DNA of 63,883 nucleotides, counting the filler, from Reclinomonas americana ATCC 50394 (taxonomy: Eukaryota), in NCBI GenBank assembly GCA_048213135.1. It is 5 parts of 2 records of this genome, joined end to end, with 100 filler letters (N's around TTAATTAATTAA, not from the genome) between each part and the next. Parts side by side here need not be neighbours in the genome. Positions count along the whole stretch, not along the records: positions 33,744 to 52,873 come from PS015092.1; positions 52,974 to 60,193 come from PS015093.1; 3 more parts are not named here. One strand, 5' to 3'. The notes below the pieces were generated by a model. It was not told the origin of the DNA. It worked only from the letters and a program-made list of their open reading frames with translations, and searched no databases. This document shows, piece after piece, positions 37,016 to 53,403 of the stretch; positions within the stretch are counted from its first letter, which is position 1; the number at the start of each line of letters is the position of its first letter. A program made the translations under genes and the position numbers.

Positions 37016-37920
37016 TCACCGTGCAAAGTTGGAGCACGCCGACGACAGGAACTCTGCGGCGAGGGAACGATCAGCACACGCACTTGGTTTATCCTTGCAT
37101 CAACACAACGTACCACGCCACGTGATCTTCGAGTCGCCGTCCTTGTCGACGAAGCCCATGAACGCCTGATACTCGGCATCGGCGATCGGTCGCCGCTCAA
37201 ACTCCTCCATGATCTGGCGCACCTCGCTGCCGGAGATCGTCCCGTTGCCGTCGCGATCGTACTTGTTGAACACTTGACGAATGGCCGCAGCATCGGCAAG
37301 GACTGCGTACAGAGAGAGACAGATGAGTGCGATGCATTGGTGGCCAAAGGATGCTGAACGCAACAGGCCACAGAGAACAACTTGTCGAATCCTGTACGCA
37401 GTGGTGAGCGTGTGTGTGCGGGGGAGGAGGCGTATAACGAAGCTCACTGACCAGCGAGGAACTCATGGAAGTTGCTGCGTTATCATACCACCACAGAGCA
37501 CAGTGAGTGAGCGCGAGTGAGAGACAACAGAGCACGTTCGTTCGCAACACTGTGTACAGTCATGATGATGAGCACAGTGTTCTGAGAGGAGACAAACAGC
37601 GTTTTCTTATGTAACTGTCATTGCTTCCGTCGACATCGACGGCCTCCATCAGTGCAGCGACTTGATCGGCGGAGAGGGTGACACCGAACTCGACGAGGAA
37701 GCTGTCAGAGAGACAAGAGTGAGTGACAGAGAGTAATGAGAGTGTGAGAGAGAGAGGAGAACCTTTGCAGTTCATCGCGAGAGAGCTTCCCGTCGCCGTT
37801 CGAGTCAAAGGCAGCGTATACCTGAGAGAGAGAAGATGAGTGAGTGAGTGAGAGATAACGCTCTTGTCTTTCTCTCTCTTGCTCTCTCAAAGGCCTGTGC
37901 ACAGACAAAGACATCTGTTG

Positions 37921-37953
<33 letters not shown>

Positions 37954-38535
37954 TCTCTATCTCTCTCTCTCTCTATCTCTCGCACTCTCTGTCTGTCTCT
38001 CAGTTTTCAGTCATCTTTGTCTCTCACTCATTTTCCCTCGCTCTCATTCTCTCGCTCTCTCAAAAGCCTGTGCGTTGACAAAGACAGAAGTTACTCTCTC
38101 TCTCTCTCTCTCTCTCTCTTCCTTCCTCATACTGTCGGNNNNNNNNNNNNNNNNNNNNNNNNNNNNNNNNNNNNNNNNNNNNNNNNNNNNNNNNNNNNNN
38201 NNNNNNNNNNNNNNNNNNNNNNNNNNNNNNNNNNNNNNNNNNNNNNNNNNNNNNNNNNNNNNNNNNNNNNNNNNNNNNNNNNNNNNNNNNNNNNNNNNNN
38301 NNNNNNNNNNNNNNNNNNNNNNNNNNNNNNNNNNNNNNNNNNNNNNNNNNNNNNNNNNNNNNNNNNNNNNNNNNNNNNNNNNNNNNNNNNNNNNNNNNNN
38401 NNNNNNNNNNNNNNNNNNNNNNNNNNNNNNNNNNNNNNNNNNNNNNNNNNNNNNNNNNNNNNNNNNNNNNNNNNNNNNNNNNNNNNNNNNNNTCTCGCTC
38501 TCTCAAAGACCTGTGCGTTGACAAGACAGAAGTTA

Positions 38536-38568
<33 letters not shown>

Positions 38569-38700
38569 TCATACTGTCGGAGAAATCGCATATTCACTCT
38601 CCCTCTTTCACTCACTGCCTCTCACTCTCCTCTCCCTTTCTACTCTCCTCTGTCACTCAACTTGCGCAATGACCTCGCTCTGCTCTTGCGTGAACACCAT
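37016..38700 (-). CDS. Calmodulin-like EF-hand protein (4 EF-hands)
   Basis: MVFTQEQSEVIAQ-VYAAFDSNGDGKLSRDEL, then DVDGSND, DRDGNGTISGSE and DKDGDSKITWRE loops, stop at 37016-37018. Confidence 0.88.
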
Positions 38701-38780
38701 TTGTGAAACTTGTCCTGCGCGCAAGTTCGTGACTTTAAGCTTCCCTCTTCAGCATATCACCGCAGTCTGCTGTGTATTCA

Positions 38781-39480
38781 GTGCTCATGTCGCTGCTGGA
38801 GAAGGATCAGCGCGAGGAACACTGTGTGCGCAAAGTTAGCTCGAAATTTGTGTGTGAAGTTGATCAAAAGGCGTCTCCTCGATGTAAAGCGCGAAAGAGA
38901 AGCTGTGGTGTACATTGTAGAGACGACGAGACTTGCGTGCACGTGCTCAAACCGCTGCTGGAGATGGAGCAGCATGAGCGACAACCTGCGAAGTTGTGGA
39001 CGTGAAGTTGACCGTAATTCCTCTCCTCACCGCAGAGGGAGACAGAGAAGCTGTGGGAATCACTGTGGCAGGCAGCAAGGCTAGCGTACGTGTGCTGAAG
39101 TCGCTGCTGGACGAGCATCTGCAGGAGGAAAAGTGTGCGAAGTCGTCCACATGTGTGAAGTTGATCGTAATTCCCCTCCGCATCCAATAGGCAGTAGACA
39201 AGCTGTGATATGCATTGTGCCAGCATCAAGGCAAGCGTACATCTGCTAAAGTCCCTGCTGGACGAGCATCTGCAGGAGATAAAGTGTGCGAAGTTGTTTC
39301 CGGATCCGGATCCACGTGTGAAGTTGATCGTAATTCCCCTCCGTATCACAGTGGACAGCCTACAAGCTGTAGTGTGCATTGAAGTAGCAATGAGGCATAT
39401 GCACACATGCTCAAGTCGCTACTGGGCATGGAACAGCACGAGAAACAATTTGCGAAGTTGTCTCCATGTGTGAAGTCGAC
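38781..39480. repeat. Degenerate intergenic tandem repeat, 5 units of about 149-164 bp
   Basis: Unit start TGCT(C/G/A)AAGTCGCTGCTGGA-like at 38781, 38943, 39092, 39243 and 39407, each followed by GCGAAGTTGT...GTGAAGTTGA(T/C)C. Confidence 0.85.
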
Positions 39481-39607
39481 CTTGCGCAGCGTTTTCCTCA
39501 ACACGCTGAGCAATACAAAAGCTCCCTTTCCAACATACACACTGCAGCAGCCACCAGATCCGACGCAGGACAGCTCCATTCTCTTTTTTTATTCTGTTTC
39601 GCGCGCA

Positions 39608-41657
39608 ATGGCACTCGTGTTTCGTTGGGAGTTCTCTCCGCAGTCTGTGGAGAACATTCGACTCAAGCTGGAGAGTCGACTGAATGCCGAGGATAACGCA
39701 CTGGCCACGGATGTGCTGGGCGCAGTCAGCATTCTCAAGTTGGAGCCCGGGAGCACGGTGAGTGAGAGAGAGAGAGAGAGAGAGGAGGAGAGAGAGAAGA
39801 AGAGAGAGAGAGAGAGAGGAGGAGGGAGGAGGAGAGNNNNNNNNNNNNNNNNNNNNNNNNNNNNNNNNNNNNNNNNNNNNNNNNNNNNNNNNNNNNNNNN
39901 NNNNNNNNNNNNNNNNNNNNNNNNNNNNNNNNNNNNNNNNNNNNNNNNNNNNNNNNNNNNNNNNNNNNNNNNNNNNNNNNNNNNNNNNNNNNNNNNNNNN
40001 NNNNNNNNNNNNNNNNNNNNNNNNNNNNNNNNNNNNNNNNNNNNNNNNNNNNNNNNNNNNNNNNNNNNNNNNNNNNNNNNNNNNNNNNNNNNNNNNNNNN
40101 NNNNNNNNNNNNNNNNNNNNNNNNNNNNNNNNNNNNNNNNNNNNNNNNNNNNNNNNNNNNNNNNNNNNNNNNNNNNNNNNNNNNNNNNNNNNNNNNNNNN
40201 NNNNNNNNNNNNNNNNNNNNNNNNNNNNNNNNNNNNNNNNNNNNNNNNNNNNNNNNNNNNNNNNNNNNNNNNNNNNNNNNNNNNNNNNNNNNNNNNNNNN
40301 NNNNNNNNGAGAGAGAGAGAGAGAGAGGGAGAGGGGGGAAGGAGAGTAAATGCATCTCTCCTCCTCTTCTCTGTTCTTCTTCTTCGTCTTCTCCTGCTTC
40401 TTCTTGTTCTTCTTGTTCTCTGTGTTCTTCTTCTTGTTTCTTCTCCCTCTTCTTCTTCTCCTGCTCTATCTTCTTCTTCCTCTCCTTCTCCTTCTCTATC
40501 TTCTTCCTTCTTGTCATTCTTATCCTTTTCTTGTTCCTCTTCTCCGTGTTCTTGTTGTTGCTGTTGTTGCTGTTCTCCTTCCTCTTCTTCGTCTTCTCCT
40601 CCTCCTCCGTGTTATTCTTGTTCTTCTTCTTCTTTATTCTTCTTCTTCTCCCGCTTCTTCTTCTTCTCCTCCTCTATCTTCTTTCTTATCCTTATCTGCG
40701 TCTTCGTCTTGTTGCTGCTGCTGTTGTTGTCTTCTTCCTCTTCTTGTTCTTCGTCAGCATCAAAATCATCATCTTCTTCTTCGTCGTCTCCTTCTCCTCG
40801 TTATCCTCCTTCCCATCCCCCTCCCCCTCTCCCTTTCCCTTCACTGATCTGCGCCTTCTTTCTTCGCACGCAGCCTCCCCTGGTGCATATCAGCGGGGCC
40901 GACGGAAACGCGGATCACGTTCTCAAGGTGTATCGCTTCGCGTATCGCGGAGATGCGCTGCTGTCACTGCGCGCCAATGTCATGGTCTATTGCACTTGGC
41001 TTCCACTGTGCTCTCATCGTGTGCGTGCTCATTCTGCTCTGCCAGGTCAACTTTATTCGCCCGTCGCTCTCGCGCGCGCAGGGCATGGTGCTCTCGCACG
41101 CAGGTGCTGCGTTTTGTGGGCGACCGCTTGTGTTGCCGTTGACGCTGACGGTTTCCAATGTTCGCATCAAGGGTGGGAGTTCTTTCGTTCAATCTCCCCA
41201 GCTGGGCAAAGTGGGCTCACGTGTCTGCGTTTACAGGGTCAATTTCGGTGGCGTTCAAGCAAAAGGGATTGTTCTCGTTGCCGGCAGAAGGCGACGACAC
41301 CGTGGACGATCAGACCATGGATGACGGTGAGTTGTCTTGTGTGCATGCGTTGTTTGCTGTTGCTCATCGTGTTGTGCTGCAGATGACATGAGTGCTGTTC
41401 TGGGTGAAGCGAGGTGTGTGGCTTACTGCGCATGTCACCCATTGCTCCTCTCTCTTCGTGTTTCCATTCTTCATTTGTTTTTTCTCTCGCATTCCAATAT
41501 AATCTTGTCTCGTCTTTCATCACTTCTTCTCTTTTCCTCCACTGCTTCCGTCTTCTCACCTCTCCCGACACACTGCAACTGTCTCTGCCTTGTTTCTGTT
41601 GTTCACTCTCTTCATTCTCTCCTCACTTTCCTCCACCCATTTTCTCTGACTCCCTTC

Positions 41658-41724
<67 letters not shown>

Positions 41725-42396
41725 NNNNNNNNNNNNNNNNNNNNGTTTGCCTATCTATCTCTTCCTATCTGCGTCTCTCCCTCCCCTTTCCTCCTTCCCT
41801 CTCTCTCAGCTCCTTCCGCCTATTTCCCCCTTCTCCTCTTTTGCAGCGGTCGCACCTCCCCCGTCGACCCACGCCTGGCCGCCGCCAAACTAGCCGCCGC
41901 CCGTGCCGCCGCGAGTGGCGCCAGTGCCGGCCTGGCAAGAACTCAGTCCGGCAGTGTCGACGGCAGTGCCACCGCCGCCACCGCAGCAGCAGCGGGCAGC
42001 ACCACCGCGACCGCCGCGGCAGCCGAGGACGACGCACCGCACCTCGAGATTCAACTGCTGTCGGATCCGTTGCAGGTGCAACTTGCCTCTCATTTTCGTC
42101 TCTCTTCGTCCTCTTCTCTCATTCAGCATCAGGACTTCAACCTGCAATCATCGCTGGACTGGATCCCGCAAATCAACGGCATGCTAAAGATGCGTGTGTA
42201 CGAGGCCATCAAACTGTCGATCGACATGGCGATCGAGAAACCCATTTGCATTCCCGTGGACGACCCCTTGGCCGCGATGTTGGCCGACATTGACAGGCAG
42301 CAAGGTGGAGGCAGTGGTGGCGGTGGAGCACGTGGTGGTGGTGGTGGAGGAGGACATGGCGAAGGCTCTGCCGCCGACGGCTTCATTGACGACTGA
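39608..42396 (+). CDS. MDM34: ERMES subunit Mdm34 (SMP/TULIP lipid-transfer domain)
   Basis: MALVFRWEFS...LESRLN...VSILKLEPGST-PPLVHI...FAYRGDALLSLRANVM-VNFI...PLVLPLTLTVSNVRIKG and LLSDPLQ-DFNLQSSLDWIPQINGML follow the Mdm34 pattern (F.W, G..PP, Y.GDA, DPL....SS.D.IP). Confidence 0.75.
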
Positions 42397-42445
42397 GACG
42401 ACGAGGGAGAGCGCGATATTAACTATAGTTTTTGTCTAGAATGGT

Positions 42446-45523
<3,078 letters not shown>

Positions 45524-46038
45524 GCGCTCACAGACTGCTGACAATGCAATGAAGTCCTCTATGCCTCGTCGACGTTCTCCTCTTCTACCTCTTTTCTCCT
45601 TCATGTACCACACTGTTATTATGTACCCTTCTCTTCAACTTGTCTCCTGCACTTTGACACTTTGGCCATTCGTACGCGTCGCATTATATTATTATTGCAA
45701 TGTGGTGAGTGTTTTGTTGTTTTCTTTGCCTCCTGAAAGGGAAGATGGCTGTTGGAGAAGAGTAATTGTGTCTTGTATACGTATACTGTTGGTGTATTAT
45801 TGTCGGCAAGGGATTGTCGCACTTGCAATGGGGTTTTGTTTTGTTTTCGAGTCTGCTCCCTTCTTGCCACGCTTGCCCTTCTGTTCCCCTGCTCTCCCTC
45901 ACTCACACTGTCAGACTGTTCATCATGCACGACTGGTAGACGAAGCGGCTTGATCGCGCATTCGAGCGACGTTGCAGACAAGTTGCCAGGCACTGCAACA
46001 CAACACAAGCAAAATCAGCAATGGGTGCTCCTTTGTTT

Positions 46039-49000
46039 TCAAGCGTGCAGACGTAACGAGTCGGCCAGTGGTGGTATGCTGCGTGGCGATGGCTGCAGTT
46101 GCAGATCGACGAGCATGTTTTCGCAGAGGATCGGGTGCAGCGGTGGCATGGTGGCTTCGAGGTGGCACACCAGATCGCAGACGTGTGTGCGGGTGACCAT
46201 GTCGATGTGGTCGCCGAGAAAGAGCGCGGCTTTCTCGTCGTCGTCTGCAGTAGGGAGGAGTCAGGAGCGTATCGCGCAAGGGGGACAGGGAGAGATGCAA
46301 CTCTGTGGGTGGCTGAGGGGCGTCGATCGCTGACGAGCTCGCAGTTGTACGAGCGCGTCTGCGATCTCCAGCAGGCTGGCAAATGCCCCGAGAGCGTCGG
46401 CAATGGGATACTGATCCAGCACGAGAGCCACCTGCGCACCTCGCGTGAGAATCGATGAGTGGGCAGAGAAATGAGGCACAAGAGTATATGCCTGCTGCAC
46501 AAACGTGGTCGCCGCCGAGCCATCCACGGAATCAGCCGCACGCACGGCCGCCGCCAAGGCACCGTAGTCGACTTGCGACAGAAAACGAGCTTGCAAGGCG
46601 GCATTGCGTGCAGCGGCCTCATCGACGCAGCCATACACGGCCGTGCGCCATGCACGCAATCCAGCCCACGCGTCGTCCATTGACACCGTCTCCTTCTCGT
46701 CCTTCTCCTTCTCCTCGGTATCGCTCTCCGCCAGAGTCCTGGCATCGGCCAGATCCCACAGCGTCCATCGCGGATCGTGATGGTCACGCAATGTGGCCAG
46801 CCCCGGAGGCAGCGTAGAGAGTGGCTGGCGGAGCAGTACCTGTCGCTCGCTCTGCAGCACCTCGCGACACTCGTGGTCGACAAAGTCGTCCACCAGCGCA
46901 GCCAGCACCTGTGCCCGCTGATCGTCTCCCATGCCTGTGCACAAGCCGTGCATGATGGCGGAGACACGCTGGCGTTGCGTCTGCAAGGCGCCGTGCAGCG
47001 AGACTGTGCGTGGACATGAGCACTTGATGCACAGATTTCAGCGCTCCAAGTCAATCACTCACCACCGGCCGGTGCATTGAGCGACATGCTATCCAGCGTG
47101 TCTGCAAAGGCACACACCACCTCGCACATGTCGGTCACCGCGCCGGCAAGTTCGCGGGATTGCGCCAGCACCTCGACGACTTCCTGGCAGACAAGTGAGC
47201 ACAGCTGCAGTAGCATCACTGAGTGCGGCAAAGACACTCACCGGCGCAATCGCGCTGCATCGCTGGAGACAGCGCGACAACAGGCGAGCGCCCAATTGCA
47301 CCGACAGCTGCGTAGCAGAGTGAGATGGATTACATAAAGATCACGCCAAGTTAGAGAAACAAACCAACTCGGCGCGATGGGCGACGTGAAACACGAGGTA
47401 GTGGCACGTGTGAAACAGACGCTCGCACGCGAGCATGTGGTCGAATGACAGCAGCGGGTGGTGTGTTCCGGTTCCCTGACCGTGCACTCTGTCTGCGGAC
47501 CACGCACGAATCTCCGATCGCACTGCCTCCTCGCGGGTCCACCATGCAGCAACCGGCAGCACCAACAGCGGATGCGAGAGAGTCTTGTACGCGTCTGGAG
47601 AGAACCAGAACTCCAGCGCTTCGCGATAGCCATGTGAGTCGCCAGGTCAACGGGAAGAAAAGCTGGCAGATCGACTCACCAGCCTCGCGGTCAAGAAAGT
47701 CGGCCGCCAGAGCATCTGCACGTCAGATCAGTAAAATGAACCCCCAAAACGAGTGCAAGCACGCATTCACACACACCAGCAGCCACCACACGTGCGACCA
47801 CAGTGGCAGAGAGTGGTCTCGCCAGGGCAAGCGCGTGCTTCCATTTCTCGCGACTCATCGCCTCCTCCACGGCCACATCCATAGCAGGTGGCCAGTCGAC
47901 AGCCGTCAGCGGTCGCAGCTCGTCTTCCATTGCTGTCACCTCTTCCAGCTCGCGCTATAGTAGGGAGTCTGGTAAGTGCACAGCTCAAGAGCAGACAGAC
48001 AGGAACAACGACTCACCAAGTACTGCGCGGCCTCGCTCAGCAACTTCTCCGAGGCCGATTGCCACAGGTGCCGCGCCAAGAAGCGATGCTGCCACAGCCA
48101 CACACGTTGCTGAGCTGCAAATGCAGCGGCCAGTCGCCGTCGAGTGCGCAGGTGAAGACGCGCACGCGCTCGTTGCCTCGACGCCGACACAGTCTCCAGT
48201 GCCCACCTGCAGCTACAGTCAGCACGTCGGATACGAACATAGGAGTAGAGGAGAACAGAATGACAGAGAGTATAACGAGTAAGTGAGGGGGAGAGAGAGA
48301 CGGAAAGGGTGAGTGATACAGACAAGTACAGCACCTGGACGTGTTCAGCCGTTGCATGCGCGCTGCACGGCGTCGTTCGTACTCCTCCAGGCTGCTGGCC
48401 AGTTGGCGGGTGCGCTCTGCCTGGCGCTCAATCAGCCAGGTCACCTCCTCCTCGGCCTCGCGAGGAAGTGAGTGCACATCTGTCACTGCTGAGGAGGTGT
48501 GAGAGGTGAACGAAATCAGCATTGTTTCCACGACTTTAGTCACCTTCTCCATCGCCAGCTAGAGGCCCGCTATAGTCCATCACGATCTCAACGTGTACAT
48601 CGACGACATCCTGGAAACTGCCCGCGTAAGCCATCGCTACTATCGTCACGCAGTGAATCGCAACTCACCCGGTTCTCAGTCGCGAGCTTCTCCGCCAGTG
48701 ACAAATACTGCTTCTCGGTAACATGGTTGGCCGCTGCCAGCACCCGCAGCGCCTCATGGCGCCGTTGTACATCGAACTCCTCCTGCAGCAAGGTGGTGAG
48801 TGCCGACAAGGAAGAGACGATGACAAGATGACAAAGGAATGAACCTGCAACGCGTCATGCAACTCCTGCAGGGCACGACGACAATGACGATGGAGGAAAA
48901 CAATGGCGACGAGGAACCAGCGAGGCAAACCTGCTCCGATGTTCGAGTGAATCGACGACTGGCCACAGCCGCGTGTCCTGACGGCGCTTGCTCCACAAGT

Positions 49001-52000
49001 GCAACAAGCTGTGAACAAAATGCATCAATAACACGATCACCCATCCAAGGCACGGTTGCAGTCACGCCGCAACTGCCGCGCCCACTCCAAGCCACTGCTC
49101 CCGAGCCCACCGACACAGCTCAGCATCCTCGAGATGACCAACCGGCTGCGTGACCAGCCGCCGAGCTGCCGCAAACAGTTGCCGCTGGACGGGCGTCGGT
49201 GCTTGCATGGAGGACACAGCAGCGGGACACCATGCATGTCGCAACACGCAGAGAGAAAGGCAGCAGCGCAGCATGGCCGAGGGCGACACGAGATGCACAG
49301 CACTGCATAAGAATGGGGAATCAGCTCAAGACACTCAGATGACGCCTCGGACAGCAGCAGGTCGCACTTCAAGTCTTCAACCAGCTGCTGGAGTCGATGG
49401 TGCAGTGATTCTACCACTGCAGCTTCTGGTTCTTGCTCTCGGTCGGCCCACAGAGCTGCGCAGGCCGCCATCTCGGCTTCCAGCTCGCGCAGTCGGCTCT
49501 TCCATTCAACAAACTCTAAATCGCGCGCCTTTGCCGTACGCGACTGCAGATCCACTGTCGATGCGATGAGGGAATTGAAACAGAAACAAGAGAGCTGCGT
49601 CGGCGACCACAATACGTACTCCACAAGCGAGCCAAACAAGCATCTACAGCCGCGTCATCGTCCACCGCACAACCAGCAAAGCTGCGAGCGAACCACGTCT
49701 CGGCATCCGTCGCATGAAAACTGAGCATCAGCAAACGGAGAGCACTTCCAACAGCACAGGCATTCGGCAGTTCCGACCTTCCCATCCACTGCATCACAGA
49801 GTAGTGGGTGAATGCAACACACCTTGTAGAAGGACTCCAGAACCCCACTGACCGCTGCCGCCTGCTGTCCCAGGATCTCGAGCCGATGAGCTCCCTGCGC
49901 ATCCTGTTCATGATTCGCGTCCATAAATGTCTCCCCATCAGGGAGAGCACACATGCAAAGAGCCGTTCGCCACTGTTCAAATGCGGCGTACTCGGCACGT
50001 TCCCTTGCATCCCATCGAGCGCACAACTGCGACCATGATGTAATCGGAGCAGCAGTGTCCTTGTCTGCCTCCTTTTCCTCCCTTCTCTCCAGATCGTCCA
50101 CAAACCAGTCGTGCCAGGCAACAGGCGACTCAGCCAGTGCATCGCACACACCAACGGCACATTGCGCACTCTCCTCCACCACATCTCCGTGCATTTGCAC
50201 AAGTGCTGAGAGCTGGAAGAGAAATGTCCACAGCGCAGCCTTCTTCTCCCATGACGCAGGGGGCAGAAATGTGCATCGCGCCATCACCAACCATCCGTGC
50301 GCCACGCACTCAAACACCGACGCCTCATGCACCCACTGCACGAAACACGCGACCGCCGACTCCATCGAGAGGAATTGTGCAAAGCGCGCCACACGCGACA
50401 CATCAAAGGAGGGATACAGTGCCGAACAAAACTGGGCGCGACAAAGGTGAGTGCCATGACTACCCTCTCGTCTCCATTCCTATTCCCCCACCTCAAAAAC
50501 GCGCCAGACAGAAGGCCACCCGTGCGACGACAATGGTGGCCTCGGTTGCCAGACGGTGCACGACGACGCCCACTGGGACACCAGGGCACGCATGCGATCC
50601 AGATTGTCGGCCATTCGCGCGAGACGAGCAGGAGCACTGCACACGAGTGAGAATGGTGGAAAAGCAGTCCAAAAAACGTGTGCCGTAACTTGGTCGCCTG
50701 CAACGAGACAACCGATGCCTCACGTAACGCCTCACCCAAGCCGCTCTCCTCGGCAGTCTCCACCACATGCTCAACTGCAATCGCCAGTGAGTGCATGGCA
50801 GCAGTTGGAAAGGGAGACGTACGCGAGCCGCAACAGCACTGCATGGTCGTGTAGATTCGCTGCGTCCACCGGCTCGCCAACATGCCAGTCAGCCGTTCGA
50901 CAGCTGCACGACCCTCAGTAACATGACACTGCATGAAGAAGGCAGGCAACGAGATTCAAACCATCTTCTGCAAGCGGCGCATTGTGCACTTCGTCATTCG
51001 CGATCCACGCCCGATGTCGTGCTGCCTCCCGTTGCCGAAATGCCGCGAACCACTCACTGTGCGAGAGCAAGTCCGAGCGACGCAGCATCGCCTGACGCAC
51101 ACTGGGCCATGCTGTCAAAGAGGGTTTAGAAAACGCAAGCACTGCGGTGCACACGTCACAGACTCACCCTTGGCCTGCGCCGAGGACACGTCCTTCAGCA
51201 GCGAGTCACTGCGAAGTGCAACGGCACGCGCGCGAGACTGCACAGATTGCTGAATGCGCGGTCTCAGCAAACGCGCTCCAGGGCGAGACTCCTGCTTGGC
51301 CGACCGTTTTCGGCGATCGGTCAGCAGCGCCGGCAGTGCGGCACGAAAACGACCCATCACACTGGCAGCCACGGCATTTGTCGGTGGCGCCGGCACATCA
51401 GGCAGAAACATGCTCACTGTCTGCAAGGCGACACCAGGAGCCGCTGCCTGTGCGGCGGTGAGCGCACGGGCGTGCTTGCGCACACATATGCCTCGCGACG
51501 TAACTCTGGCCTGCGACACGCACGCACCGCGTGCCACTCGCTCACGAATGCGCGCGACGACGTACTGTTGCAGATCGGACGACGTCACACCGAGATCGCC
51601 ACTGTGCGGCACAGTCAACCTTTGGGGGAATTAGAAGAGGACAAGGGCAGCTAACCTCTGCCAATGCGCCAACTCCGTGTCGAGCACCGACTGCAGCAAC
51701 TCCTTCAACGGCGGCTCATCGGTGTCGACCACCTTTCTTTCCACCTCTGCAGCATCCGTCGCCGGCTTGTTCAGCGACTGCAACAGAGACAACAAACCGA
51801 TCGCTCCACTGCCCCGAGGCAGCTGCGACAGGCGATCCATCAGCCGTTGTCTCTCGGCATCGGAAGTGTCTCCATCTCCGACATCTGGGATGGGAGGATG
51901 AGCAGCAACGAGGGCTCGTCAGAGAGGCAAGCACGGACCTTGCACAACCTCCACCTGGCGCGCTACACTTATAGAGGAGCTCTGCGGGGGCGGCCACAGC

Positions 52001-52819
52001 AACACACGATCCGCCAGCGGCGACGCCGACGACGACGAGACGAGACGACGGCGAAACAAGTGCCTCCGCAACGACGCAGCATACACAGTGACCGCTGCAC
52101 GACCACTCGTCAGGCATCAACCCCTCGACACCATGCCACAAGACGAGACACACACCAGGCGACAAGCACGCCATCGCCGCCTCCACAGGAGCCAACCACT
52201 TGTGCACGACATGCCGCTCCCTGCTCACCTCGATCAGCAGCACCTCCTTCTCGACCTTTGCTGCATACACCGCTCCCACGCAACTTGTCCTCTGCCTCCT
52301 GCCACTCCACCACCGCCCGTCGCGCCCACCGCTGCCACTGCGCCGCCTTGTGCACTCCCAATCGACCGCCCACAAACTCCTGCAACCACTCCGGCGCCTC
52401 CGACGCACTCGCAAACCACTCTCGCCACTGTCGCCGCTCACTAGCACACAACTGCACAGCGTAATGAGCAAGTGATCGCGCGCGAAAAAAACAACAATGC
52501 GCGAAACTCGTCTGACGTGCACGACAAAGAGCCACTCGAGGCACTCCGACGCCGCCAGTCGATGTCGACGCTGCCACCACCACAGTCGACATCGATCGGT
52601 GAGCAGTGCATCGACGACGCGACGTACTCGTCGTTCCATGAGACAAAGAAGAGGACACACAGAGGACGACGATTGAATGCAGCAGCAGCGTGTGTTGATT
52701 GTGTGCTTGGCAGTGGTGGCGGTGGTGGTGCTGAGTGTGGGCACAATGACACCAGTGGCCGAGGCCACGCGCGGTGTTGATGTCGCCGGATCGTACTCGG
52801 TCTCCAATGTGCGTTGAAT

Positions 52820-52873
<54 letters not shown>

Positions 52874-52973
52874 NNNNNNNNNNNNNNNNNNNNNNNNNNN
52901 NNNNNNNNNNNNNNNNNTTAATTAATTAANNNNNNNNNNNNNNNNNNNNNNNNNNNNNNNNNNNNNNNNNNNN

Positions 52974-53014
<41 letters not shown>

Positions 53015-53403
53015 CTGTCTGTCTGTCCCTCTCATTCTCTCTCTCTCTCCCTCTCATTCTCTCTCTCTCCCTCTCATTCTCTCTCTCTCTCTCTGTCTGT
53101 CTCTCTCACTCTCATTCTTCCTCCTGGTTCTCCCTTCCCTCCCTTTCTCGCCCTTCCTTCTCTCCACACACACACTTCTATGTCTTCTCTCTCTTCTCTG
53201 TCTTCTCTCTCTTCTCTCTCTCTCTCTCTTCTCTCTCTTCTCTCTCTTCTCTCTCTTCTCTCTCTCTCTTTCTTCTCTCTCACCAACTGTGACGCCTGCG
53301 TGAGTTTCCTCTTGTTTGTGTCATCTTCAGGTGGAGGTGCTGCACTAGCGCCTCCGACTTGTTGTCGCAGTCGTGCAAGTGCGCCTTGCAAACCGCGACT
53401 CAT
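46039..53403 (-). CDS. Large multi-exon uncharacterised alpha-helical protein
   Basis: A continuous chain of short-intron-separated open exons on - (ORF pieces 46261-46986, 49655-50401, 51115-51618, 52110-52658). Putative first exon MSRGLQGALARLRQQ at 53403 and stop at 46039. No family recognised. Confidence 0.55.

Noticed and set aside
38048-38580. Direct repeat of about 90 bp flanking a gap as a possible LTR or TSD
   Set aside because: Near-identical sequence on both sides of the gap suggests an unmerged contig overlap or a local intronic tandem repeat.
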